Assembly: GCA_023920165.1 (NCBI GenBank)
Contig: CP089274.1
Coordinates: 682,001-746,000 of the forward strand
Origin: Curvularia clavata
Taxonomy: Eukaryota
Direction of reading: 5' to 3'
Length of the DNA: 64,000 bases
Shown here in pieces: positions 48,557-59,060 of this stretch (position 1 is its first letter; every line of letters begins with the position of its first letter). The translations under genes and the position numbers were made by a program. The notes beneath the pieces are model-generated. The model was given only the letters and a program-made list of their open reading frames with translations. It made no database searches and was not told the origin of the DNA.

Positions 48557-50459
48557 GTCGGGCAGCTTCAGTACCAGGCGAGCTAATTGCTTGATTTTTG
48601 TTTCTTTTTTGTTTCCTTGTTCACAGTGAAAGTGAAGGTAGAGCGGCAGACATTACAACATACATACGCTAGTTTTTTCAAGAAACATTCACATTCACCT
48701 GACACATTACACCGCCGTTTACATGAAATCACTGACAAGCTTGTTTTAAAATCTGAAATTAGATTCGAGATATTCGTGTCTAACTTGCTAGCGCTCTGAA
48801 CACCGAGAAGCCCCACGAGGCAGACTAGTCTACAGATGGCAAATAACTAATCATCTACATCTAAATCAGCCTCTTCTCCTTGACTGGATGCAACAAGCAA
48901 TCTCGATCATGGTGATGCCAAGGACAAAAAGTGGGGTGTTAGTGATACCACAGTCCATTGCTTTGGAGGTAGTTCTACTGCTTTGCTGCAAGCGCTGCAT
49001 CTGGCCCTCTGCAGTTGTCGCATTAGTACTTACCAATGTCTTCGGGGTAAAGTTTATATCTTGAGGGCTTCAACATCAAAGATGTCATGGATTCGAGAAA
49101 GTTGACGCCAGATGAACGCCACGTGTCAGGAAGTCATCGACTGTCATTATACTACAGCGATGCGACGGCGAGTCTTTGTGCTGATTTCAACTGATACTCC
49201 GGTTGCAAGACGTTGTGCGGTCCATTTACTATGTGGCTACTACTCGAACCATGGAAACGATTGTGGCTGCTGAGTTATTCGGCCCGGCTTCACCCTCACT
49301 TCTCTGGAATGAAATAGAGGCTTGGAAATTAGTGCACTGCCCCCTTCCCAGACAAGCTCAGGAAACCCTCTAGGCAAATAAGAGAGGTTGGCGAGTGTGC
49401 ATGCTGACCTTGAATCACCTAGACCAGTATATGGTGTATACTGTAGTCTGATCGCAGGGCCGTGATCTGCTATATAAAGTACAGTTCAGTGATATACGAT
49501 TAGGTTGCTGTTCGCGCTAGGAGATCGGATCAGGATACTCCCGCTATGGCTTACCGCGGGGGCGGCTGAGGCTTATTTTGATAATTGGCCAAGTAATGTG
49601 ACGCTATCGAAGTTCTAGAAACATCAAAAACTGTCTAATCAAAGTCAAATCTGAATGAATCATGTCTTGATACAACTATTGTTGTGTATGAAAGACGCAT
49701 CTGAGGCTTGGTTAACAGTGAGGGTTGAAGTAACGAGACATTGTTGAGTCCAGAAACACCTTGAACAGTATAATATTTGACCTTGATACAGATAGGCGGA
49801 TTCTAGGCATAAGTATTGTCGCTTATTACAGTTGTGCTGGAAGCAAGTCGATAAACGAAGATGGAGTAGTACGGCCTTGCTAAGACGTCAAAACAAACAG
49901 CCTTCCCACCATGTTTCATAAACTCGTTGGATTTTTGTAATGGACATCTAGCCCCATTCATTCGAATAAAGCGGTGAATCGAAGCGTGCAGCTGAACAAC
50001 TTTAAGCTTTCAGCCACGTGCACTTCAACTTCACTCCAGTGATGAAACTTTAAGCGGGCAGATTCACGCTAATTTATGTGGAAAGACATAAGAAGGCGCC
50101 AATGATGTAAGGCTCAACTAGCAGCAGGTTGAGGAAACGCCACTGGGGAACATTTTCTGGATAATCACATGTTTAGGGCATGAGTAGGGATTCTAATGTT
50201 ACTAGCAATATCTATAGTTGTTGAGAAGGTCCAAGTAAGGTTTAGAGGACATACGATGAGCATGGGCCCTAGCGTGGGGCAGAATAAGAGAGTAATATTT
50301 AAAGAGACCATTACCTTCACTTTTTGAATCATCAACCACAGCAGCTTTCATTCATTCATTTCGCATTCTCTTCTCATACGCTCCTTTAGACGGACGCTCC
50401 TTTTCTCAAGCCGTAAACGATCTTTAAATCTTCCAACGACTCACATTTTATCCTTCAAA

Positions 50460-51233
50460 ATGGTTCAGATTTCCACACTTGTTACCCTCTTTGCGATGGT
50501 ATCCTCCATCATGGCCAACCCTGTGGGCGTGCCCGATTCAGTTGACCTCGATATGAACAACTTCGTCGAGGATATTCTGAACAACCCCCTCGACGGTGAC
50601 CTGAACAACCTCCCCGAGGGTGACCTTGTTGCGTAGGTAACGAACTCCAGTCACATTCTAAGTATGCTTACAATGGTCGTTTAGGCGCCAGGAAATGAAC
50701 AACGCTGCCAACCTTGGTACGTCTCTTGCTAGGGCCGGCGGCCGTGGTGGTGGCGGCGGCGGCGACATGGCGGGTGTTATCATCGAAATTGCCGTGAATG
50801 TCGGCAAGGCTATCTGGAACATCGGCAATGACATTGAGGTAATACTTCATTTCCAAAATTCACATTTCTAACACTGCAGTTGCTAACAGTTTGCTTAGCG
50901 TCGCAAGGCGTTCACTCAAGATGTTGCAAGAGAGACTGCCGCTAGGTTCCCTGGCCACACTGTTGTGGTATGCAACGTTGGATATGGCCTCCACGGTAGT
51001 GGTTGGCAACAAGTGACTGGTGTCACATACGAGGCTAAAGTCGGCCGCCCCGTGACCTACGATGTCGTTGTATTCAACGCTCCCAAGACATTCGAGCGCC
51101 ATGGCGATGGCGGATTCCAGAACGTAAGTTGGAAGACATGGTAGAATTGTAGCGGCCGCTAACTCATCTCTTACAGTGGGCCTACATCCTTGGCCCCGGC
51201 TGCCACGGAAACGGAGGAAAGGTTACCTGCTAG
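50460..51233 (+). CDS. Small secreted protein, 202 aa, with signal peptide, pro-region and C-terminal GDGGFxNW domain (absent from the ORF track)
   Basis: Exons 50460-50632, 50685-50838, 50899-51123 and 51177-51233 splice in frame through three GT-AG introns. Start context CAAAATGG; signal MVQISTLVTLFAMVSSIMA. Confidence 0.88.
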
Positions 51234-51822
51234 AAGGTCTTAGCCCAAGTCAGTTGGTGTGATGTGCAGTATGCGGGTATTCCAAGAGTGTCCGCATTTT
51301 TGTAGAGTTTTGGCGGGATTGGTCAGGCACCGTTTGTGGTCTGGGACCTTGTGGTTTGAGACCGCCCCTGGTCAGTGACCGTTCATGGTCAGGAACCGTT
51401 ACCTTCTCCAACCCAACCCAACCCCCCCCGTTTTTAATATTTTGCTTTTTGCTGCCGTATTTGATCTTTATTTCTGTTCAGTAGTACTACTTAGAAAGAA
51501 TTGGAGCTCCGTCAAAAACATCCCTTCTTTCTGCCGCCCTACAGCACCGTTTAATGGGCACCCCCGTATATGCACATCATAACATATTGAGACCTTCTCG
51601 AAGATCGAGTGAATGAGACCTTCGAAAGCGGATTTAAACGCGCCATCCACTGGTGAAATTATATTATGGGTCATCCTATTTGGGTTCATCATAGATCTCT
51701 TAAAAGCTTTGGTAACTCGCGTCAAATAGGAACAGGTATAAGTGATGTTCAATTCTTCAATCGCAATAACCTCTACTTTATGCGTCTGGCATCATCCATT
51801 TCTATCAAAACCTCCCGTTCTT

Positions 51823-53409
51823 CTAAACATTCCAACACCTATCTTTCAACCACCTACCCTCCTCGAGACTATTCTCAAAGGCGTCCATGTCCTTCTCAGC
51901 GAGACTGATCATGACTTCGTATGGCGCTGACATGTTTCCCTCCTTGTCTGCCTTCCTCGGCAGCACTACGATGCCACCCTCACTCGCCCATGCCGCGCGC
52001 CGGATAGCACTTGGTTGTGTATCTCCAGTCCCAGGAATGCACCACTCTCGATCGGCGCCCATATGCTGCCAACTAGTGATGTAAAGATCTGGGCCATTGC
52101 AAAACGTGAGAATGGAGTGATTGGTATGAAATGGATTAGCGAGGACTTGACCGAGCTGCTTCCCAATCCGTTTCTCATCAATACTGTGCACAGCATCGTG
52201 GATCTCTGCAGCAAAATAAGTAAGAGTTGGAACGACGAGCTTTAGCCGGGCTTCGCGTACAACTGCACGCGGTTCGCTACTCTTGAAATATTCCCGCAAA
52301 TAGTCCGGCACATCTTCTTCGTCCTTTACGACGCGACCGATGATGCTATTGGCTTGTTCAAACAGGTCCCATGTAGGCATTTCAGAGAAGACTAGATTGC
52401 CGAGATAATCGGGGGATGAAAACGGCGCGCGGAGATGTTTTCGCAGGTCCACAACTATGGCCAAGGTCGACTTCGTGCTACCGCTTGCGATCAGCAAAGG
52501 TAGGCGTGCTTGAATGATATTTGCCCATATGACTGCTGCTAGCGCAGAAAAGTGAGATATGTGCTTGTTCTGAAGATTTGAAACGGCTTCGCGGAGACCG
52601 TTGATCACTGGAGCAGGAAAGCGAAACATTTTTGTGATGACCCTGTATGATGACTCGCGAAGTGGGTACCGAAACGTCTTCTCAGGCCGCGTAATGTCAT
52701 TTCCAACATCTACTTGATGTGCGAGTGAAGTAAGCTCCCCTCGAGCAAGATTCGGGTCGGTAGCATTGTCACCTGCCTTCACTTCCAGGCTAGCTTCTAT
52801 CGTCCCCGTCCCCTGCGTGTAATGCCTCAAAGATCTCACGGCTGTGCTCCATACTTCTTGAATCCTAGTGTTTCCTTTTCCGTCTATGACAGCATGGTAG
52901 AACCAAACACTTAGTACTAAGTCCCCGGGTATAAACGTGGCATGGGCAGCAAATACAGGAAGCGGACCTTTTGTTAAGCTAGTCCTTCCCTCTCCAAATG
53001 GATCGTTATCATCCAATCCAGGGTGGTGTTTGATCAGATCAGGACAAAATATCTCTGCAGGAAGGCATCCTGGTGAGAAGTGCTCCTTTGCCAGCTTTGC
53101 GTAGTCAAAGTCGTTCGCAGCAGGACGCAGACTTGAAGTGAAGATGCGGGATGCTTCCGTCTCTAAATCAATAGGGCTGGGAAAGAGCACTTGAAGGTCA
53201 TCTTTGGCAATGTATGGCATACGCACAGTTCCAGCGAGGTAAGGAAACTGCCGTAAAACCTCTTTGAAGCCGATGTGAAGCGAACGGGTGGCCTCATATG
53301 CATGCTTTATATCTGGAAAGGAAAATACGATGTAGTAGCGGCCATAGACGCGAATGTGCGATTGCTGATCGAGGAAGGAAAGTTCTAGCTCTTTCTCGTT
53401 ATCTGACAT
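51823..53409 (-). CDS. CoA-dependent acyltransferase, Transferase/BAHD-like family (Tri101-like fold)
   Basis: Intronless, 528 aa. LSFLDQ, FPYLAGTV, catalytic HXXXDG (HAVIDG), VDLRKHL, YLGNLV, ITSW, EGGIVVLP. Confidence 0.88.
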   Translation of the reverse strand: MSDNEKELELSFLDQQSHIRVYGRYYIVFSFPDIKHAYEATRSLHIGFKEVLRQFPYLAGTVRMPYIAKDDLQVLFPSPIDLETEASRIFTSSLRPAANDFDYAKLAKEHFSPGCLPAEIFCPDLIKHHPGLDDNDPFGEGRTSLTKGPLPVFAAHATFIPGDLVLSVWFYHAVIDGKGNTRIQEVWSTAVRSLRHYTQGTGTIEASLEVKAGDNATDPNLARGELTSLAHQVDVGNDITRPEKTFRYPLRESSYRVITKMFRFPAPVINGLREAVSNLQNKHISHFSALAAVIWANIIQARLPLLIASGSTKSTLAIVVDLRKHLRAPFSSPDYLGNLVFSEMPTWDLFEQANSIIGRVVKDEEDVPDYLREYFKSSEPRAVVREARLKLVVPTLTYFAAEIHDAVHSIDEKRIGKQLGQVLANPFHTNHSILTFCNGPDLYITSWQHMGADREWCIPGTGDTQPSAIRRAAWASEGGIVVLPRKADKEGNMSAPYEVMISLAEKDMDAFENSLEEGRWLKDRCWNV

Positions 53410-53816
53410 GTTGTTTCATTCGATTCATTCGATTCAGTTTTGCTTTCTACGTGCCGTGTCGGTTTTTACTCATAAATGGATGAAGTATAGGCTTACTGAG
53501 GGTTTATAGAGTAAAAGAATGTTTTTTTTAGACTTTAAGTCTGAAATAGAATTATAATGACAGCAAACATAGGTCTTAGCATTGTGTTTTGAGACTTAAC
53601 AAAGCTAGGCGAGTGTAGTGAATGTACTGTGCGAGGTTGAACTTTGTGAACAAACATTATGAAAATCAATTCACAACTAGAAGGCGCTTGGAAAATCAGG
53701 TGAGTTCACCGACTTAGTTCTAGCATTTTTTGTTCTCAGTATCTACAGCGCTGGCTATGCTTTGGAGTTGTTACAGGCGATGAAACAGTCTCAATGGCAG
53801 AGTCTGTGGTGCGTGC

Positions 53817-54801
53817 TCATTTCTGACCTCGCTCGAGCGCAATCATGTCAGATTGATCGACTTCATCACCAAGCACCCCAGCCTTCTGCAGGATGCCAAC
53901 CGTCTTATCTACCACTGCTTTGTCCACACCTTTCACTTGCTTTGAGAATGTTACCGTCTTTAGCCATTCCCTGGCATCTTCTTCAGAGTAATCAAGCTTA
54001 GTGGTAATGAATTTAACGGCCTCTTCCACGTTGTCCTCGAAGTGCTTAACGCCTTGGTTGATCTTGTCCAAAGCATCTTCAAGCTCTGGTGCAAGTGGGG
54101 GCTTACTAGCGTTGGGTGCTGAGCTCCAGTTCTTTGGGGTTACAAGATGGTTTGCGGCGACAATTTTCCATGATGACCATGGGGTGTAAATTTCACCAAT
54201 GCGTTTGATTTCGCCCTTGTCGTAGTATCGCTTCGAGGTGAAGTGCTCCCACATGAAGAAGTCGGCTGTGCCGTCGTTGACGGCGTCGCGGAGGTTGGAG
54301 AACGTGTTCAAAACCTCAACGGGAAACGGAGAGCTACCGGAAGATGTATCGAGCCAGCCCTGCTGGTCTGCGAGCACGAAGCTCATAACGTAGCTTCCGC
54401 TGCCGATCCTTGAAACACCAACCTTCTTGCCCTTCAGGTCCTGAACACTCTTCAGCTCATCTCTCCTTGCTCCTGACGAAATGGCCCAGCATAGCGGCGT
54501 CTCGACGTAGGTGCCGACAATACGAAACCCCGCATCTTGCTTGGCTGCTTGGCCTTTGCCCAGTGCCGCAATCCATCCTTCAGTCAAGCCTACGCCGACA
54601 TCAATCTCATCGGACTGGAGGGCTGTGACCATGTGACCAGTTCCGGAGGGGAACGGAATAAGCTTGGCATCAAGACCGTAGTGTTTCTTCGCAAATTCAA
54701 GTGGGGTACAAAAGTGCTCTGTTGTAGTCAGCATGGGGTTATTGTAAAAAGAAAGAAGCATGAGCCATACCAGGCACAAAGCCAATTCGAAGTGGTGCCA
54801 T
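53817..54801 (-). CDS. Periplasmic-binding-protein type II fold protein (NMT1/THI5/SsuA-like superfamily; Ca3427-like)
   Basis: ATG at 54801 and intron 54770-54719 give MAPLRIGFVPEHFCTPL. Motifs GTGHMV, GLTEGW, PLCWAIS, GVSRIGSGSYVM, FMWEHFTSK, IYTPWSSW. Confidence 0.85.
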
Positions 54802-55152
54802 GGTCTTCGCGTTGGTGTAGAAGCTGCGGATCGGCTGAGCCCTCCATGCGGTGGGGAAACGTGTGAATGATAAAGAGCGAAGCATTGCATTAAGGTTTAA
54901 CGTATCGTGTCAAGTGAGCGATACCAGGCCGCGATTAATTACTTTAACGTGAAGCTGAGCACATTCCCATTGCTGAGAGGGGTAATGCTAGGTATGAGGT
55001 CAGTTCATCATTCGTTGAACGTTGCGATGATCCGCTCTAGCATTGCGTACTAGTTCCGAAGTCATTCCGATCGGCGCCGAACCTTGCTGTTCATGCCATG
55101 GTTCCCATCACATCAACTGTCTGAGCTTGAGTACCGACGTGATCGCCGTCCT

Positions 55153-56793
55153 ATGCTTTCTTGGCTATTGCGAGGATACCCTAGGTACCGAAGCCGTGTC
55201 AACTTTTCCATCAGCCATCACTCGCAGCGTCTTCTGCGGCACCTCCATCCCGCCCACTATAGCGTCATGAATTCTAACGGCGATAGAATATTAGCCAGGG
55301 CAAGAACAGTGGCTGTAGTAGGCGCGGGGCCTTCAGGTGTAGTAGCGGCAAAATATCTGAGAGCCGAGAAAGCCTTTGATAAAATTGTCTTGTTTGAACA
55401 AAGAAATCGGCCTGGGGGTATATGGATCTACACGGGCGAGCAAAGAGACGAAAACCTATTCGATATACCTCAGACCGACCCAAACAAGGATGTCCAGAAA
55501 CCGGATTGGGATTACAAAGAGCAGACTGCTAATGGAAATTCCGATGCTAATGGCATAGACGGCACATCTAACAGGCCGTCCTTCTTATCACCAATATATG
55601 AGAAACTGGAAACCAACATTCCTCGTGGATTAATGGGCTTCCAGGACCTCGACTGGCCATCTGACAGCCAACTCTTTCCTAAGCACGAAACAGTACTTAA
55701 GTACATAGAGGAATATTCCGCGGACGTCCAGGACCTTGTACGATACTGCACTCAAGTCACCAATGTTGTACCCACTGACCCTAGTAATACCACCAGCTCA
55801 TGGACTGTCACGACCAACAACCTCTTAACAAAAGAGACTATATCCGAAGTCTTTGACGCAGTAATAGTGGCGAACGGACACTTCATCGTCCCATACATTC
55901 CCCCAATGCCTAGGATACAAGAATGGAACACTCAACACCCCAACCGCATCAGCCACTCCAAATACTACCGGCGACCCGAGGAATTCACCAACCAAAAGGT
56001 CATAGTAGTAGGAAACTCCGCATCAGGCGCAGATGTCAGTGCTCAAATAGCAAATTTCTGCCAACAGCCCCTCATCTGGTCCACCCGCTCCGAATCCATG
56101 TTCAGTGCCACCCATGGCGCCGCATCTCAAGACCAAAAACGCCGCCAATTCCCCCAAATAGCCCAATTTCTCCCCTCTACTCGTGGCGTGCGCTTCGCTG
56201 ATGGGAGCGAAGAACACGACATCGATGCCATCGTCTTCGCCACCGGCTACTTCTACAGCCTGCCGTTTCTGCAATCCGTAGAACCCAAATTAATCACTAC
56301 TGGCGAAAGAGTAAACTACACCTATCAACATATCTTCTACGCTCCCCGTCCAACTCTCAGTTTTCTAGCTTTGAATCAACGCGTCATTCCTTTCCCCATT
56401 GCAGAATGTCAAGCTGCAGTACTTGCACGCGTATACTCTGGTCGCCTGGACCTTCCACCTCTCTCAGAAATGCGCGCTTGGGAAGAATCTGTGGAAGAAG
56501 AAATGGGCGCCGGACGCAACTTTCATCTTTTACCCTTCCCTAAAGACGGGAATTACATCAATACGATGAGTAAGTGGGCTTTGTCAGCGCCGGAAAAAGA
56601 TGGGCTGGAGAACGGAGGCAAGGGCAAGACGCCTCCGGTCTGGGGCCAGTGGGAATTTTGGTGCCGCGAACACTTTCCGAAGATTAGGCAGGCCTTTGGT
56701 GCGAGGGGAGAAGAGAGGAAGAATATTCGGAGCGTGGCGGAGTTGGGGTTTGTGTTTGAGGGCGAGGGCGATGGGATAGAGAGAAACGCATAG
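55153..56793 (+). CDS. FMO1: Flavin-containing monooxygenase (class B; yeast Fmo1-like thiol-specific monooxygenase)
   Basis: FAD-binding GAGPSG, PIYEKLETNIP, VANGHF, FMO motif HSKYY, NADPH-binding GNSASG, FATGY. The start could instead be ATG 55267. Confidence 0.88.
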   Translation: MLSWLLRGYPRYRSRVNFSISHHSQRLLRHLHPAHYSVMNSNGDRILARARTVAVVGAGPSGVVAAKYLRAEKAFDKIVLFEQRNRPGGIWIYTGEQRDENLFDIPQTDPNKDVQKPDWDYKEQTANGNSDANGIDGTSNRPSFLSPIYEKLETNIPRGLMGFQDLDWPSDSQLFPKHETVLKYIEEYSADVQDLVRYCTQVTNVVPTDPSNTTSSWTVTTNNLLTKETISEVFDAVIVANGHFIVPYIPPMPRIQEWNTQHPNRISHSKYYRRPEEFTNQKVIVVGNSASGADVSAQIANFCQQPLIWSTRSESMFSATHGAASQDQKRRQFPQIAQFLPSTRGVRFADGSEEHDIDAIVFATGYFYSLPFLQSVEPKLITTGERVNYTYQHIFYAPRPTLSFLALNQRVIPFPIAECQAAVLARVYSGRLDLPPLSEMRAWEESVEEEMGAGRNFHLLPFPKDGNYINTMSKWALSAPEKDGLENGGKGKTPPVWGQWEFWCREHFPKIRQAFGARGEERKNIRSVAELGFVFEGEGDGIERNA

Positions 56794-57142
56794 AGAGGAT
56801 AGATGTGAACAGAAGGATTAGAATATAGTAGATTGTATAGAGCCTCTAACGATAGAGAAGAGCGGAAAATTGGTTATCTCGATACACCTATGCGCATCTT
56901 TCACGATAGAACAAGAAGCGTCACGAGATAAATGACCAGAGAAAAGCATAACGTTCAATTTACGTAATTCCGATTCACGCTTTAACCAACGATAGGTATC
57001 GCATGACGAGCCAATCCGTATGCTGTATACATAAGCATCTATCAACACGTGCCTCCAACCGTTGACAACAAGATCCCACCCCGAACGCCGTAGCTATGCA
57101 TCCGAATTCGACAAAAATCCCATATCATCTGGATAAAGGGTA

Positions 57143-58817
57143 CTATCTCCTTCCCTTGCCTTGGCTACCACCGGCGCCACCTCCACCCATTCCGGGCATA
57201 CCGCCCATTCCGCCCATCATTTTCATCATTGCGCCCATATCCATGCCACCCATACCACCGAGTGCAGATAGATCTGGCATGCCGCCTCCGCCGCCTCGAC
57301 CGCCTCCAAGCATCTTCATCATGGCTCCAAGATCGGGCATACCACCTCCCGCGCCACCCATGGCGCCAGCGCCGCCCATGCTCTGCATGCGCTTCTGCAT
57401 AGCCGCGAGTTGTTGCTGTTTGTTGCCACCGCCCATGGCACCCTGTGCCTTTTGCATGTTTGCCATTCCACCTTTCATCTTCTTCGCCATGCCGGCCATC
57501 ATGCGGTGCTGGGTGAGCAGTTCCTCGACCTCGCGTACCGAAGTACCCGAACCACGGGCTACACGTGTCATGCGGGTAGGTTGGTCCACGAACATCTTGC
57601 CGTCGGATTCCAGCTCTTTCTCTGTCATGCTGTCGCAGATGTAGATCATACGTTTTAGTTTAGTGCCACCTTCCTCGTCGTCCATGCCGCCCATCATGCT
57701 GCTCAGTCCAGGAATCATGCCAGCCATCTTGGACAGGGGTCCCATCTTCATGATGTTAGATAGCTGGTCGCGAAGATCTTTGATGGTGAAGATCCCTTGG
57801 GTGATGTGCTTCATGGTGTCCTTTTGGTCAAGCTTGAGTGATTGCACATGCTCAACAAGTCCCTGTACGTCACCCATTCCGAGCAACTTGGAAACAAAGG
57901 CCTGTGGAGCGAAGCGTTCTAGATCCAACATGTGTTCTCCGTTACCGAGAAAGACAATGGGAGTGTGTGTTGCTGCGACTGCTGAAATAGCACCACCACC
58001 TGCTGCCGCGCCATCGGTCTTGGTAATGACAATGGCTCCAAAGTCTGCTGCATCCTTGAAGGCGCGAGCCTGAGATTCGGCGGCCTGACCAATGGTTCCA
58101 TCCAACACCATGATTGTCTGGTCGGGCTTCACAGCATTCTGAATTTGGACCATCTCGTCGAAAAGGTCTTTCTCTTGCCTGTGTCGTCCAGAGGTATCCA
58201 CAATGATGATCTCAAAGCGTTCTTTCTTAAACTTCTCCACACCCTCAGCTGCCACTACTACAGGATCCGTCTGTGTGTGACTACCGTAATATGGAATCTT
58301 GGCTTTTGTGGCGTTCTGTTTCAGCTGATCGAATGCACCGGCACGGAAAGTGTCTGCGCAGACCAGACACGCTTTGAAGCCTCTTGCCTGGTACCATCTG
58401 GCCAACTTTGTACATGTTGTCGTTTTACCAGCACCCTGAAGACCGACAAACATGATGACGTTTGACTTGCCCTTGCGTGGTTTGAAAGGCTCAGCATGTG
58501 GGTCGACCATCTTAACAAGCTCATCGAAGACGGCCTTCTGGATGAGACGCTTTTTGTTCACACCGGGGGCAAGGTGCTTGAAGTCGACTGCGCGCTTTAT
58601 CGACTGTCGCAGGTTCATGACGAGTTTAACATTGACATCGGCTTCGACGAGGGCGTTGGATATTTCCTTGACCATGGAATCGAAGGCCTTGCGCATGTTA
58701 GCCACCTGTTGTGTACTCCTGCCTTGCGAGCGTGCGCACCTTCTCATCGAGGTTTGGCGACCTCGTGAGGTCTGTGACAGCGGCATTGATGCGCCGCCCA
58801 AGATCTTGAAGAACCAT
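57143..58817 (-). CDS. SRP54: Signal recognition particle 54-kDa subunit
   Basis: [11 protein letters not shown] start at 58817; intron 58739-58688 (AAG acceptor). GTPase motifs [25 protein letters not shown]; Met/Gly-rich M domain. Confidence 0.97.
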
Positions 58818-58848
58818 AGCGGCGGTTGTAGGGAGATCACAAAAGGTC

Positions 58849-58869
58849 GGGGGGGGGGGGGGGGGGGGG
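58849..58869. repeat. G21 homopolymer in the SRP54-RRP15 divergent intergenic region
   Basis: 21 consecutive G on the + strand. Confidence 0.85.
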
Positions 58870-59060
58870 CGAAGGGTGTGGGTGGTGGTCGGTGATGTTC
58901 TCGTGGTGTTCTGTGGGGAACGCAGTAGGCATGGCGGGGCGCGCTTTGCCCTGCCGTCGGTCTTTTGGCTCCCCTAACGCCGATCACCTGGAACTTTTTT
59001 CTGCGACCGCGCTGCGCCTGCAAACATCCACATTCCCACATCTGGACACTTACAGCCACA

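Noticed and set aside
48840..49300. Minus-strand GTAAGT donor and fragmentary frames suggesting a pseudogene
   Set aside because: I could not assemble a coherent protein; needs tBLASTx.
54802..55050. Possible TPP riboswitch upstream of the NMT1/THI5-like fold gene
   Set aside because: The only GCTGAGA is on the opposite strand and the rest of the aptamer is absent. The protein is not a true NMT1 orthologue.
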